Virus record (IMG/VR): IMGVR_UViG_3300012942_000002
Span: 5,772 to 69,771 of that record
Length of the DNA stretch: 64,000 nt
From: a virus
Taxonomy: Duplodnaviria; Caudoviricetes
Strand: one strand, 5' to 3'
Shown here: one piece after another, positions 52,471-62,390 of the stretch
Numbering within the stretch: position 1 is the stretch's first letter
How the letters are laid out: each line of letters opens with the position of its first letter
The notes under the pieces: model-generated
The model's database searches: none
The model's input: the letters and a program-made list of their open reading frames with translations, nothing else
What the model was told of the DNA's origin: nothing
Translations under genes and position numbers: made by a program

Positions 52471-54356
52471 TGCCGGCACCGAAGGTGCACATCGAGCTCG
52501 ACGAGAAGGGTGACCGGATCGTCCTGCGAAGCCCGTTCTTCCCTGGCGTGAGCGAGATGTGCCAGGAGGTGCCGGGCCACAACTGGTCCAAGACCAAGCG
52601 TTACTGGACCTACCCGCTTTCGCTTCACACCTGCCGCCTGCTGCGCCACGTCTTCACGGACATGCTCGTCATCGGCAAGCGGCTGTCTTCCTGGGCTCGG
52701 GCAGCCCGCGCTGAGGAAGAGGCGATGCGGTCGCTCGGACAGATGCGAGACACCGAGCTGGACCGCCTGCACGAGATCCTGCCTCGGCTGGCAGGAGCTA
52801 TGGATACGAGGACCTACCAGCGCGTGGGCGCTTCGTTCCTCGCTCAGCAGCCGCAAGGCGGGGTCCTGCTGGCGGACCAGCCCGGTCTGGGCAAGTCCAT
52901 CCAGACGCTCGGAGGCATCGTTGAGCGCGGGCTTGAGGTCGGGCTTCACCTGATCGCGTGCCCTGCCACGGCCATCAAGATCGTGTGGGAGAAGGAGGTT
53001 CGCAAGTGGACCGACTTCCGCGTGTTCCCGGTGACCGGTAGCGCGCTCCAGAAGAAGCGAGCGATCAACGCCGCGCTGGAGGCTCCGGACGACGAACCCC
53101 GATTCGTCGTCATCAATCCGGAGACGACCCGCATCAAGATGGGTCGCTGGTGTCAGAAGTGCAAGTCGTTCGTCGAGGACTTCAGCACGCCCGACGAGGA
53201 CATCTACCACAGAGAGGAGGGGCACAAGACTGCACCTCGTCCGTACGTGATCCAGTTCCCGGAGTTCTTCGATCCGACATGGACGACCATCACGGTCGAC
53301 GAGTCGCACCGATTCCTGTCTGGCATCAAGGGTGCACACGCCAAGACGCAGATGGCCGAGGGGCTGTGTCGCCTGCGGATCGACGAGGACGGGCTGAAGG
53401 TCGCTCTGAGTGGGACGCCCATCAAGGGCAACCCGGTCAACTTCTGGGGCGTGCTCCACTGGCTAGACCCCAAGACCTATTCGTCCAAGTGGACTTGGGC
53501 GTCTCAGTACTTGGAGGTCCAGGAGACCAGGTTCGGACAGAGCATCGGCGGGCTGAACCCGGCTCGTGCGGAGGCGCTGTACCGATCGCTGGACTACGTG
53601 ATGCTCAGGCGAACGAAGGCCGAGGTTGCACAGGACCTTCCTCCCAAGCAGTACATCGAGCACTGGTGCGATCCGTCGCCTCAGCAGCAGAAGCAGTACG
53701 ATGAGATGCGGGAGATGGGTGAGGCGATGTTCGGCGAGGAGGCTGTCTCCGTAACGGGAGTCCTCGCCGAACTCACCCGGCTGCGCCAGATCGCAACGGC
53801 GTACCAGGGAGCCGACGGCCCGGTCATGTCCAAGAGCTGCAAGTGGACATTCCTCCTTGAGCTGTTGGAGGAACGTGGCCTGGTCGGGAGCAACAGGTAC
53901 GACAACGGCACCAAGTACGTCATCGCCTCGCAGTTCACACAGGTGATCGACGCCATGGAGGCGGAGTTCAAGAAGCTGAAGGTGCCGACGCTCAAGATCA
54001 CGGGCAGCGTCACTCCGGCCAACCGGCTCAAGGCGCAGAACATCTTCCAGGCCGCTGGCGGACCACGCATCATGCTCATCAACACGATGGCTGGTGGCGT
54101 CGCGATCGACCTGGACCAGCACTGCGACGAGCTGTTCTTCATGGACGAGACGTTCATCCCGGACGACCAAGAGCAGGTCGAAGACCGCATCCACCGGGTG
54201 TCCCGTATCCACCGAGTAACAATCCACTACCTTTACGCCAGGGGGAGCATAGACGAGAGCATCGCCCACTCGAACGTCGGCAAGGACGAGATCCAGAAGA
54301 AGATCCTGGACGGACGACGAGGGGTGAAGTTCGCGCTTCGACTGCTGAAGGAGTAG
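52470..54356 (+). CDS. SNF2-family helicase/translocase
   Basis: LADQPGLGKS, DESH, LSGTP, LRRTKAEV, QVEDRIHR. Confidence 0.92.
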   Translation: MPAPKVHIELDEKGDRIVLRSPFFPGVSEMCQEVPGHNWSKTKRYWTYPLSLHTCRLLRHVFTDMLVIGKRLSSWARAARAEEEAMRSLGQMRDTELDRLHEILPRLAGAMDTRTYQRVGASFLAQQPQGGVLLADQPGLGKSIQTLGGIVERGLEVGLHLIACPATAIKIVWEKEVRKWTDFRVFPVTGSALQKKRAINAALEAPDDEPRFVVINPETTRIKMGRWCQKCKSFVEDFSTPDEDIYHREEGHKTAPRPYVIQFPEFFDPTWTTITVDESHRFLSGIKGAHAKTQMAEGLCRLRIDEDGLKVALSGTPIKGNPVNFWGVLHWLDPKTYSSKWTWASQYLEVQETRFGQSIGGLNPARAEALYRSLDYVMLRRTKAEVAQDLPPKQYIEHWCDPSPQQQKQYDEMREMGEAMFGEEAVSVTGVLAELTRLRQIATAYQGADGPVMSKSCKWTFLLELLEERGLVGSNRYDNGTKYVIASQFTQVIDAMEAEFKKLKVPTLKITGSVTPANRLKAQNIFQAAGGPRIMLINTMAGGVAIDLDQHCDELFFMDETFIPDDQEQVEDRIHRVSRIHRVTIHYLYARGSIDESIAHSNVGKDEIQKKILDGRRGVKFALRLLKE

Positions 54357-54596
54357 CTGTGGATCTGATGGATATTCTGTTCGTCATAACGCTCACGCTG
54401 GTCCCATCTGGAATGGCTTGGCGCGCATATCGCGTCGGCTACCAGGCGGGACAGGCGGAATGTGAAAGGCGACACAGAATCAAGGACCGATACTCCAGGC
54501 GTAACAATCGCGAGACACGTTCCTGAAACAGTCGAGCACGGGCGATATGAGGTATAGTTGTCCGTGCCAACCCGATCCGATATGGAGCAACTCCCC

Positions 54597-55160
54597 ATGA
54601 GTGAAGACAACGCGCGCTTCGAGAAGCTGGTCGACAAGGACCCGTCCGAGCTGCACGAGCGGTTCGCCGAGTGGATCGCCGACAAGACCGGCTACGAGGA
54701 CGTGGACGTCAAGTCCGTCCAGATGGCCTGCGCCCTCCGCATCGAGTTCCAGAAGTCGCCGGAGAACCAGGCCGTGCTCGCCGAGAAGCGCGCGGCGGCC
54801 GAGAAGGCGGAGGCGGAGCGCGAGGAGAAGCGCGAGGCCCGCGAGCAGCGCAAGCGCGAGGAGGCCGAGGCCAAGGCCAAGAAGGCGGCCACCAAGTCCA
54901 AGGCGAAGGCCGAGGAGGCCGACGAGGACGAGGACGCCGAGGAGCCGAAGGCCAAGCCCGCGATCCGCCGTCGCCGGGGTGGTGCCGCCGCGACCACCGC
55001 CGCCGCGAAGAAGGCCGCCGCCAAGGCGGAGCCGGAGGACGAGGACGAGGCCGAGGAGCCCGCCGCCAAGCCGGTCTCGCGTCGCCGTCGCCGTCCCGCC
55101 GCCGCCAAGGCCAAGCCCGCGCCGGTCGAGGACGACTTCGACGAGGACGACCTCGGCTGA
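54597..55160 (+). CDS. Lys/Ala-rich paralog family protein 3
   Basis: PSELHERFAEWI...KSVQMACALRIEFQKSPENQ; TATAGT -10 at 54553. Confidence 0.85.
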   Translation: MSEDNARFEKLVDKDPSELHERFAEWIADKTGYEDVDVKSVQMACALRIEFQKSPENQAVLAEKRAAAEKAEAEREEKREAREQRKREEAEAKAKKAATKSKAKAEEADEDEDAEEPKAKPAIRRRRGGAAATTAAAKKAAAKAEPEDEDEAEEPAAKPVSRRRRRPAAAKAKPAPVEDDFDEDDLG

Positions 55161-55249
55161 TCTCGCTGCCGGCACCAGCACCAACCGCACAACCCGAGGG
55201 GGACCGCGCCACCACCGGCCGGTCCCCCTCGTCATCCCCGGAGAGCAAC

Positions 55250-55495
55250 ATGCAGATCTTCCTCCTGATCCAGGACCCCGAAGGACCGCGCACCAGAGTC
55301 CGTGGCGTGTTCACGACGGCCGACAAGGCCAAGAACCACGACAAGGAGCTCAAGGGCGGATGGAGCACCGGCCCGAGCATGGGTTGGTTCGACATCAACC
55401 GAGGCAGTCTGACGGGTGCGCACCACATCGTCCGTCCGGCACACGCCAACGAGGAGCTGGAGCTCTATGCCCATACAGATGCTGCGGACCTCTGA
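55250..55495 (+). CDS. hypothetical protein
   Basis: GGAG RBS; coding-like GC3. Confidence 0.7.
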   Translation: MQIFLLIQDPEGPRTRVRGVFTTADKAKNHDKELKGGWSTGPSMGWFDINRGSLTGAHHIVRPAHANEELELYAHTDAADL

Positions 55496-56465
55496 GCGAG
55501 GGACCTTCAAGGAGTGTCCTCAGAAGTGGCAGTGGTCCACCAACGAGGGCCTGGCAGCCAAGCGGGACTCGAACCCGCTCTGGTTCGGTCAGGGGATCCA
55601 CATCGCTCTGGCCGAGTGGTATCGCAAGGGCAAGGAACGCGGTCCGCACCCGGCTGACACCTGGGAGGACTTCTGCGCCGACGAGGAGCGCTACATCCCG
55701 ACCGAGTACGACGAGGATGGAGCGAAGTTCGTCGAGGCCAAGGAGCTCGGCATCGCGATGATGGAGGGCTACGTCGACAAGTACGGCGAGGACGAGCACT
55801 GGGACGTCATCGCCACGGAGCAGACGTTCCGCCTCCTCATCGCCGACCCCCGGATCGACCGCCTGCCCAACGGCAAGCGCAAGGCGCTCGTGCGCTACGT
55901 CGGAACGTTCGACGGGGTGTACAGGGACACGGGGACGGGCGAGATCTTCCTCATGGAGCACAAGACGGCTGCCGGCATCTCGACCGCGCATCTGCCGCTG
56001 GACGACCAGGCTGGCTCGTACTGGTACGTGGCCACGAGGGTGCTCCGCAAGCAGGGCCTGATCGGGCCACGCGAGGAGATCGCTGGCATCCAGTACAACT
56101 TCATGCGCAAGGGTCTGCCGGACGACAGGCCGACCAACGAGCGCGGTGAGGCGCTCAACAAGAACGGTTCGGTCAGCAAGAACCAACCGGCTCCGCTGTT
56201 CGTTCGAGAGATCGACTGGAAGTCGGAGGCCAACCGTCGGAACATGGAGCGTCGCATTCAGGACGAGGCGCTCCACATGGAGGCGATGCGTAACGGCACG
56301 CTTCCGATCTACAAGAGGCCGCAGAGGGACTGCTCCTGGCGATGCGAGTTCTACAAGATGTGCATGCTCGACGAAGCAGGTGCGGACGTAGAGGAGTACA
56401 AGGAGGCGGTCTACAAGAAGCGGGACCCGTACGGGGACCACCGAGACATGAGGAAGGCAGCATGA
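55467..56465 (+). CDS. PD-(D/E)XK RecB/Cas4-like exonuclease
   Basis: ECPQKW, GQGIH, GTFDG...EHKT, CSWRCEFYKMC. Confidence 0.88.
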   Translation: MPIQMLRTSERGTFKECPQKWQWSTNEGLAAKRDSNPLWFGQGIHIALAEWYRKGKERGPHPADTWEDFCADEERYIPTEYDEDGAKFVEAKELGIAMMEGYVDKYGEDEHWDVIATEQTFRLLIADPRIDRLPNGKRKALVRYVGTFDGVYRDTGTGEIFLMEHKTAAGISTAHLPLDDQAGSYWYVATRVLRKQGLIGPREEIAGIQYNFMRKGLPDDRPTNERGEALNKNGSVSKNQPAPLFVREIDWKSEANRRNMERRIQDEALHMEAMRNGTLPIYKRPQRDCSWRCEFYKMCMLDEAGADVEEYKEAVYKKRDPYGDHRDMRKAA

Positions 56466-56638
56466 GGAGCGTCAAGGACGCTGGCCCCGGCGAGGTTGAC
56501 CGGCTGAGGCGTAGGATCGGACGGGCGCTCGGCGCTCAGGCGATCACCGCCGAGGATCACGAGTTCATCCGCACGCGGCTCGACGAGATCGACCAGCGGA
56601 TCGCGGAGATGGAAGAGGAGGACGATGGCACGGCCTAA
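56462..56638 (+). CDS. small hypothetical protein
   Basis: ATGA overlap; coiled coil. Confidence 0.65.
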   Translation: MRSVKDAGPGEVDRLRRRIGRALGAQAITAEDHEFIRTRLDEIDQRIAEMEEEDDGTA

Positions 56639-57407
56639 AGCCATCAGGTCCATCAAGGACCAGAAGGCATTCATCCACATGACGCTCGTGGCGGATGCTG
56701 GGTGGGGCAAGACGGTGTTCGGCGGATCGGACGAGGACGTGCTGTTCCTCACGTGCGACCCCGAGGGCACCATCTCCGCTGCCGCGATGGGCAGCTCCGC
56801 CGAAGAGTGGCCCATCAAGACCTACAAGGACCTGGACGAGGCGTACCGCTGGCTCCGTGACGAGGGTCACAAGGAGTTCAAGTGGGCCTGCGTGGACACG
56901 GTCGGAGGAGCCCAGCGCATCCTCCAGCGTTCCGCGCTCGACGCCTCGTACGCGGCCAACCCCGGCAAGCGTGACCCGGACGTTCCGTCCATGGATGTGC
57001 ACCAGAAGGCGCAGATCCAGACCATCAAGTTCATCATGCAGTTCAACGACCTGCCGATGAACACGCTGTACACCGCGCATCCGTACAACCTGGAGGACGC
57101 TGAGGGCGAGCCCTACATCCTCCCGTACGTGCACGGTGGCAGGGGCGAAGTCGCCCAGCAGGCTCTCGGCCACATGAACGTGGCCGGGTTCGGGGTCATG
57201 GCGGAGGACGACAACGGGCGCGAAGTCCGTCGTGTGTACTTCCGCAACACGGGTCCGTACAGGGGCAAGGACCGCTTCGGCAAGCTGCCTCGATACATGG
57301 ACAAGCCGACCCTCAAGCAGGTCCGCGAGACCATCGAGGCTCCGGCCTCTCGACCCGTCCGTAAGACCGCAGCCAAGAAGACGGCTGTCCGTCGCGCCAC
57401 GGCGTAA
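56625..57407 (+). CDS. AAA_24 / Sak4-like ATPase recombinase
   Basis: ADAGWGKT, VDT, YTAH, GKDR; lies between the exonuclease and SSB. Confidence 0.82.
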   Translation: MARPKAIRSIKDQKAFIHMTLVADAGWGKTVFGGSDEDVLFLTCDPEGTISAAAMGSSAEEWPIKTYKDLDEAYRWLRDEGHKEFKWACVDTVGGAQRILQRSALDASYAANPGKRDPDVPSMDVHQKAQIQTIKFIMQFNDLPMNTLYTAHPYNLEDAEGEPYILPYVHGGRGEVAQQALGHMNVAGFGVMAEDDNGREVRRVYFRNTGPYRGKDRFGKLPRYMDKPTLKQVRETIEAPASRPVRKTAAKKTAVRRATA

Positions 57408-57427
57408 CAACAAGGAGAACCCAGCAC

Positions 57428-58303
57428 ATGGCCAAGATGAAGTTCGGCGTTGGCAACAACGTCTCCACGGACTCCGGCTTCACCCCCTACGAGGGTCCGC
57501 TGCCGAAGCCGGGCGTGATCTACCCGGTCGTCCAGAAGTCGGCGTCCATCCGGCTGACCGGCGAGAACTCCAAGAACCCCGGCACCCCCTACATCAACAC
57601 GATGTGGGAGATCGAGTCCGGCGAGTGCAAGGGCTTCACCGCCTGGCACCGCCTGATCCCCGGCGAGCACGAGATCCAGCAGACCCGGATCGCCCAGTAC
57701 ATGCAGGCGGTCTGCGGCAAGAACATGGCGGACGTCGTGCACGACGAGGTCGAGGACGGCGGCAAGGTCACCCGCATCGGCGGTCGCAAGCCCGAGGGCG
57801 TCAAGGCGGGCATGACCTTCCAGCGCAAGAAGGACACGCGCAACGCCATCGAGGGCGAGGAGACGCCCTGGATCGCGGAGTCGGCCGACATCATCCCCGG
57901 CTGGAAGCCGAAGTCCAAGGTCGAGGCCGAGGACGAGGCGGAGCCCGAGGAGGACGACGTCGAGGACGAGGTGGAGGACGACGAGGACGTCGACGACACC
58001 GAGGCCGACGAGGAGCAGGACGAGCCCGAGGACGACGAGGACTCCGACGACGAGGAGGAGGACGACTCGGAGGACGAGGAGGACGACGAGGACGACTCCG
58101 ACGAGGAGGAGGCCGAGGGCGTCGCCTACGAGGAGGCCGCGAAGATGTCCCTCGTCCAGCTGAAGAAGCTGGCGAAGGACAACGACTACGAGGACTCCGA
58201 CCTCACGCAGTACAAGGGGCCGAAGGGCAAGAAGGCGCTCCTGGCCCAGCTCGTCGAGGACGAGATCGTCACCGCCGACGGCGACGACGAGCCGCCGTTC
58301 TAA
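57428..58303 (+). CDS. ssDNA-binding protein-like, acidic tail
   Basis: Long D/E tract, C-terminal DDEPPF; recombination-module gene order. Confidence 0.7.
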   Translation: MAKMKFGVGNNVSTDSGFTPYEGPLPKPGVIYPVVQKSASIRLTGENSKNPGTPYINTMWEIESGECKGFTAWHRLIPGEHEIQQTRIAQYMQAVCGKNMADVVHDEVEDGGKVTRIGGRKPEGVKAGMTFQRKKDTRNAIEGEETPWIAESADIIPGWKPKSKVEAEDEAEPEEDDVEDEVEDDEDVDDTEADEEQDEPEDDEDSDDEEEDDSEDEEDDEDDSDEEEAEGVAYEEAAKMSLVQLKKLAKDNDYEDSDLTQYKGPKGKKALLAQLVEDEIVTADGDDEPPF

Positions 58304-58472
58304 CCGGCGCGCGTCCGTCCCACCCAGAGAGGCCCCAAGGCGACCCGCTACGGGGCCTCTCGCACGTCGTAACCCTGGGGTCGGTCAAAGGGGCCGACCC
58401 CGTCCCCCGGAGCCCTTACGCGGGCTCCTACTGATTCCGGTCTGAGTGGACCGGGTAAGGAGCTGGATTCAG

Positions 58473-59189
58473 ATGGCATCGCTCAGCAAGGAACCGTACG
58501 TCACGCAGGTCGTGGACGTCGACCACTCCCAGCTCGACACCATCACGCCGGACGACGGCTGGACCCCGCTCGACAACGTCGAGGAGTTCGAGATGGGCCT
58601 GGGCTGGGACAAGTCCACGGGCGGAGCCGGTGGCGCGCTCGGCTGGCTGAACCGCAAGGTCGGCTCCGACCTGGACGGCGTCGCCACCTTCTACGCGGGC
58701 AACAAGCCGGTCAAGTACCTCGGCTGGGACGAGCTGGACTCCTTCGCCGACGAGGGCCAGGCCGCCGGTTCCGCCACGCACACCGGCGACAACCAGACCG
58801 GCGAGGGAGCGGGCGACGACGAGACGATGAAGCTGGTGTTCGGGCGCATCCCGCTCCGCATCACCGACATCGTCCTCAACGCTGCCGCGTTCAAGCGGGG
58901 CTCGGACATGAAGCGGGCCAAGTCCATCCGCGTCACGCTGTACGACTCCACTGGCGGCAGCAAGACCCCCGTGGCGTGGGTCGAGCCCAGCCTGTACAAG
59001 CCGAAGAACCTGATCGGCGTCGCCCACATCCGCCGCAAGCGCGACGCGGAGGGCAAGGTCATCAAGGGCGAGGGAGCGGGCTGGGAGCTCAAGGTCGTCG
59101 ACCGCTCCATCGACATCAAGCAGGGCGACCGCGACGACTTCCTCGTCAAGAGCGCCTCGCTGATCGGCATCACGGTCCAGGCGGGCTGA
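58473..59189 (+). CDS. terD: TerD-domain protein
   Basis: MGLGWD, SDLD, HTGDNQTGEGAGDDET. Confidence 0.85.
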   Translation: MASLSKEPYVTQVVDVDHSQLDTITPDDGWTPLDNVEEFEMGLGWDKSTGGAGGALGWLNRKVGSDLDGVATFYAGNKPVKYLGWDELDSFADEGQAAGSATHTGDNQTGEGAGDDETMKLVFGRIPLRITDIVLNAAAFKRGSDMKRAKSIRVTLYDSTGGSKTPVAWVEPSLYKPKNLIGVAHIRRKRDAEGKVIKGEGAGWELKVVDRSIDIKQGDRDDFLVKSASLIGITVQAG

Positions 59190-59280
59190 TTCCCGCTCCT
59201 TGAACGTCGCGCTCCGGTCACTTCTCTGCATCCGAGCAGGGGAGCTGGACGGGCCGGAGCGCGGCCTTGAGGGAGGTGGA

Positions 59281-59622
59281 ATGGATATCTACTACAAGAT
59301 CGACCCTCGTGAGGAGCGCCTGCCCAAGTGGGCGCAGGACCACCTGAACTCCTTGCGAGCCTCAATCCGACAGATGCAGAAGGCACTTGAGCAGGACGTC
59401 AACGACACAAACACCTTCCTCCAGTGCTCGCATCCGATCGAGGACGAGGCGCTGCCGCGAGACGCACGCATCATCTTCAAGACGGGCGACAAGCGGGGCT
59501 GGGCCGACCAGTTCCAAGTGCACATCGAGAACGACACGCTGAAGATCTACGCGGCCACGACCGTGCTGATCAAGCCGACGTCCTCGAACCTGATCGAGAT
59601 CCGCATGGAGGACAGGCGGTGA
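59281..59622 (+). CDS. hypothetical protein
   Basis: GGAGG RBS; LPKWAQ...IKPTSSN. Confidence 0.75.
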   Translation: MDIYYKIDPREERLPKWAQDHLNSLRASIRQMQKALEQDVNDTNTFLQCSHPIEDEALPRDARIIFKTGDKRGWADQFQVHIENDTLKIYAATTVLIKPTSSNLIEIRMEDRR

Positions 59623-59819
59623 AGAAGTCAACATATCGCTGCTTCAAGCCCGTGTGGTACAACGAACGTGGCGAGGTCACGGCATCGGTCGTCTCGTACA
59701 GCGAGGACGGTGCCAACGACCGGGCCGACGAGCTGGAGGACCAGGGCTTCGAGATCATCGACGTCGTAGAGCACAAGCCGGGCGTCTCGGCTGAAGAAGT
59801 GGAAGGATGGTTCAAGTGA
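59619..59819 (+). CDS. hypothetical protein
   Basis: GTGA overlap; GGAGG upstream. Confidence 0.65.
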   Translation: MKKSTYRCFKPVWYNERGEVTASVVSYSEDGANDRADELEDQGFEIIDVVEHKPGVSAEEVEGWFK

Positions 59820-60370
59820 GCGACGCGCCACGAGTGACATGGTGGCTCGACCCGCGTCCGACGATGACGCTCGACTGCCTCATGGACGATGCGCTGGAGG
59901 ATCTGGTCAAGCTGCTCGGCGGCATACACAGTCGCATGGACGACGGCGAGGAGCGACTGCCTCCGGCCGGACAGGGATGGCGAGAGCGTCACCTCGCCGT
60001 GTGCGTCTACGGGGCGCTGGCCTGCCAGGAGATGCGGCTCAACCGATACAACGACCCCGGCTGGTTCTGGATGTTTGCGAACGCCGGACGCGACCTCGTC
60101 CGTGACAATCATGTGTTCGAGATGCCGGCATGGTTCGAGGACGAGCACATCATGCAGTCGCACTGGTCGGCTGGCATCCGCCACAAGGCGATCGTGGCCG
60201 ACCTCAAGGTACCGTGGAGGGAGGTGGACGAGTACTGGCCCATCCTCTGGCCCGTTCCCGCTGAAGGTGGCGGCTACGAGCTCAGGGTGAACAAGTCGGA
60301 CAAGGCAGCGATGGAGGTTGACGACCTCTGGCTGCCGGACGACATCAGACGCAGGGTGGTGAATCTGTAG
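59816..60370 (+). CDS. divergent pyrimidine-dimer glycosylase (MSMEG_6728)-like protein
   Basis: GWR...VYGALACQE...MPAWFEDEHIMQSH...ILWP resembles the family C-terminal pattern (recalled, not searched). Confidence 0.5.
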   Translation: MSDAPRVTWWLDPRPTMTLDCLMDDALEDLVKLLGGIHSRMDDGEERLPPAGQGWRERHLAVCVYGALACQEMRLNRYNDPGWFWMFANAGRDLVRDNHVFEMPAWFEDEHIMQSHWSAGIRHKAIVADLKVPWREVDEYWPILWPVPAEGGGYELRVNKSDKAAMEVDDLWLPDDIRRRVVNL

Positions 60371-60609
60371 TGACCGGTATCAGACCCGAGGCTGCCAGAT
60401 ACATCGGCGAGAGGATCACACTCGCCAAGCAGAACAACAACCTGGATTTGGTCGACGCCCTTCTCGACCTCTGGATCGACCATCAGAAGATGGCTGACGA
60501 CTCGGACGCCGAAGCATGGGGCATCAACCCCAAGCTGTGGGGCGCTCCCACCGACCTCAAGCGCTTCTACAAGATGCCGCATCCCAACCTGTCGAGGCTG
60601 AGGCGGTGA
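60370..60609 (+). CDS. hypothetical protein
   Basis: TAGTG overlap; coding-like GC3. Confidence 0.65.
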   Translation: MTGIRPEAARYIGERITLAKQNNNLDLVDALLDLWIDHQKMADDSDAEAWGINPKLWGAPTDLKRFYKMPHPNLSRLRR

Positions 60610-60984
60610 GCCTCGTTTGCTGCCTCCCTGACGAGTCGGGATGCATCTGCGAGAAGGTCAAGGCGTGCGGCGGCATCCACTTCATCAATTCGCAATGCGA
60701 GCCACACGCAAGAGCAGGAGCAATACGATCTCGAATCCACGAGATCGGCGTGAAGCCGATCGCTACAGTCGAGCTCGCGTCCGGCGATGGGGACCTTTCT
60801 CCATCACTGTGAAGCAGCACCCCAAACATCGCTGTGTGTACGGTCCGATCGCCCCGATGTACGCTGCTCGGGGCGGCGGACCCATCCTCAAGACGCAGCG
60901 GTTCAAGTGGATGTACTTCAATGGCCTGCTCGTTCACACCCGCCACGGTCATGTGGTGTTCATGTTCAGAAGGAGTCTGCTCAA

Positions 60985-61779
60985 GTGAAGCTGTTGATCC
61001 TGGGCTGTGGCCCGGCAGGCCTCATCGCTGCGCATGCGGCGTACAGCCGAGGCGTCGACTTCGTCGTCGTCTCCAAGGCTCGCAAGTCGTTCATGAACGG
61101 AGCCCAGTACCTGCACGCGCCGATCCCTGGCGTGTCGCTGGCCGACCCGTTCCTGATCAACTACGAGATCTCGGGGAGCGTGGCCGGGTACAGGGACAAG
61201 GTGTACGGGCCGGACGCCAAGGTCGAGGTCAGCCCCGAGACGCTCGTGGGTCGGCATCTCGCCTGGGACATCCGCGAGGCGTACGACAGCCTGTGGTCGC
61301 TGTACGGCTCTGACGTGCACGACGTCGACATCACTCCGACCATCCTGTCGAAGCTGATCAAGGACTGGAAGCCGAACGCCGTCATCTCGACGATCCCGGC
61401 CAACATCCTCTGCTACGACGGACGCCACAAGTTCCTGTCGGAGCAGATCTGGGCCACGAACGAGCTGGAGTGCCAGCTGTCGGACAACACGGTTCTCTGC
61501 AACGGAGAGCCGGGGTTCGACTGGTACCGAGCCAGCAAGATCCTCGGCTTCACCAACACCGAGTGGCCTCACGACAAGTACCCGCTGACCTACAACGGCC
61601 AGATCTGGCGCGTCATCAAGCCCATCAGCACGAGCTGCCGGTGCTTCCCCGACGTCCACCGGATGGGCCGGTACGGTAAGTGGACCAAGGGCGTCCTCTC
61701 GCACGAGGCCTGGGAGGAGGCCAACAAGATCATGGACGGAGTACAGACGGGTGTATCGCTCGACACGACCGGGGCCTAG
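60985..61779 (+). CDS. FAD/NAD-dependent oxidoreductase
   Basis: AAGGAG RBS; LILGCGPAGLIAA Rossmann motif; GRYGKW. Confidence 0.85.
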   Translation: MKLLILGCGPAGLIAAHAAYSRGVDFVVVSKARKSFMNGAQYLHAPIPGVSLADPFLINYEISGSVAGYRDKVYGPDAKVEVSPETLVGRHLAWDIREAYDSLWSLYGSDVHDVDITPTILSKLIKDWKPNAVISTIPANILCYDGRHKFLSEQIWATNELECQLSDNTVLCNGEPGFDWYRASKILGFTNTEWPHDKYPLTYNGQIWRVIKPISTSCRCFPDVHRMGRYGKWTKGVLSHEAWEEANKIMDGVQTGVSLDTTGA

Positions 61780-62386
61780 CGCTCCGCTGGTAGCGCTGGA
61801 CCTCGACGGGACGCTCGGGGACTACCACAGGCACTTCGAACGGTTTGCGCAGATGTGGACCGGGCGAGAGATCGTGTGGGACCCCGAGATCGTCGGTCCG
61901 TTCTACAGGCAGCTCGGCATGAGCCGGGCGGTGTACAGGCAGTGCAAGCTCGCATACAGGATGGGCGGCATGAAGCGCTCCATCCCCGTGTTCGACGGAG
62001 CGGCCGACATGGTCCGCGCGATCCGTGGCGCGGGTGTGGGCGTCGCCGCCTGTACGACGCGGCCTTACCTCGCCATGAGCACCATCGACCTCGACACCCA
62101 GCACTGGCTCAAGCGCAACGGGATCAAGGTGGACCACATCCTGTACGGCGAGCACAAGTACAGGGACCTCGTCAAGTCGGTAGGCCGCGACCGTGTGGTC
62201 TGCGCACTGGACGACGACCTCAGCCAGCTGAGTGTGGCGCAGAAGCTCGGTGTCACACCGATCCTGCGGCGCAACGAGGCCAACAAGGGGTACGAGCAGG
62301 AGCTCGGGCGTTGGTTCGTGTCCGATCTCCACCAGGCGCAGGAAGTCATCCTGCATCTCATCGAACAGCACAAGAAGAAGGACTGA
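61751..62386 (+). CDS. HAD-superfamily phosphatase (nucleotidase-like)
   Basis: ALDLDGTL motif I, CTTR, K, LDD. Confidence 0.85.
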   Translation: MYRSTRPGPSAPLVALDLDGTLGDYHRHFERFAQMWTGREIVWDPEIVGPFYRQLGMSRAVYRQCKLAYRMGGMKRSIPVFDGAADMVRAIRGAGVGVAACTTRPYLAMSTIDLDTQHWLKRNGIKVDHILYGEHKYRDLVKSVGRDRVVCALDDDLSQLSVAQKLGVTPILRRNEANKGYEQELGRWFVSDLHQAQEVILHLIEQHKKKD

Positions 62387-62390
62387 GCAT

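Noticed and set aside
55467-56465. Cas4-like nuclease as evidence of CRISPR-Cas
   Set aside because: It sits in an exonuclease-Sak4-SSB recombination module common in phages; no array or other cas genes.
57920-58120. Low-complexity GACGAG-rich repeat
   Set aside because: It simply encodes the Asp/Glu tract of the SSB-like protein; the same holds for 25360-25445 in the scaffold.
60606-60988. Gene calls between 60609 and 60985
   Set aside because: Two overlapping candidate frames (60606-60812 and one ending at 60988), neither with decisive RBS or codon evidence; left uncalled.
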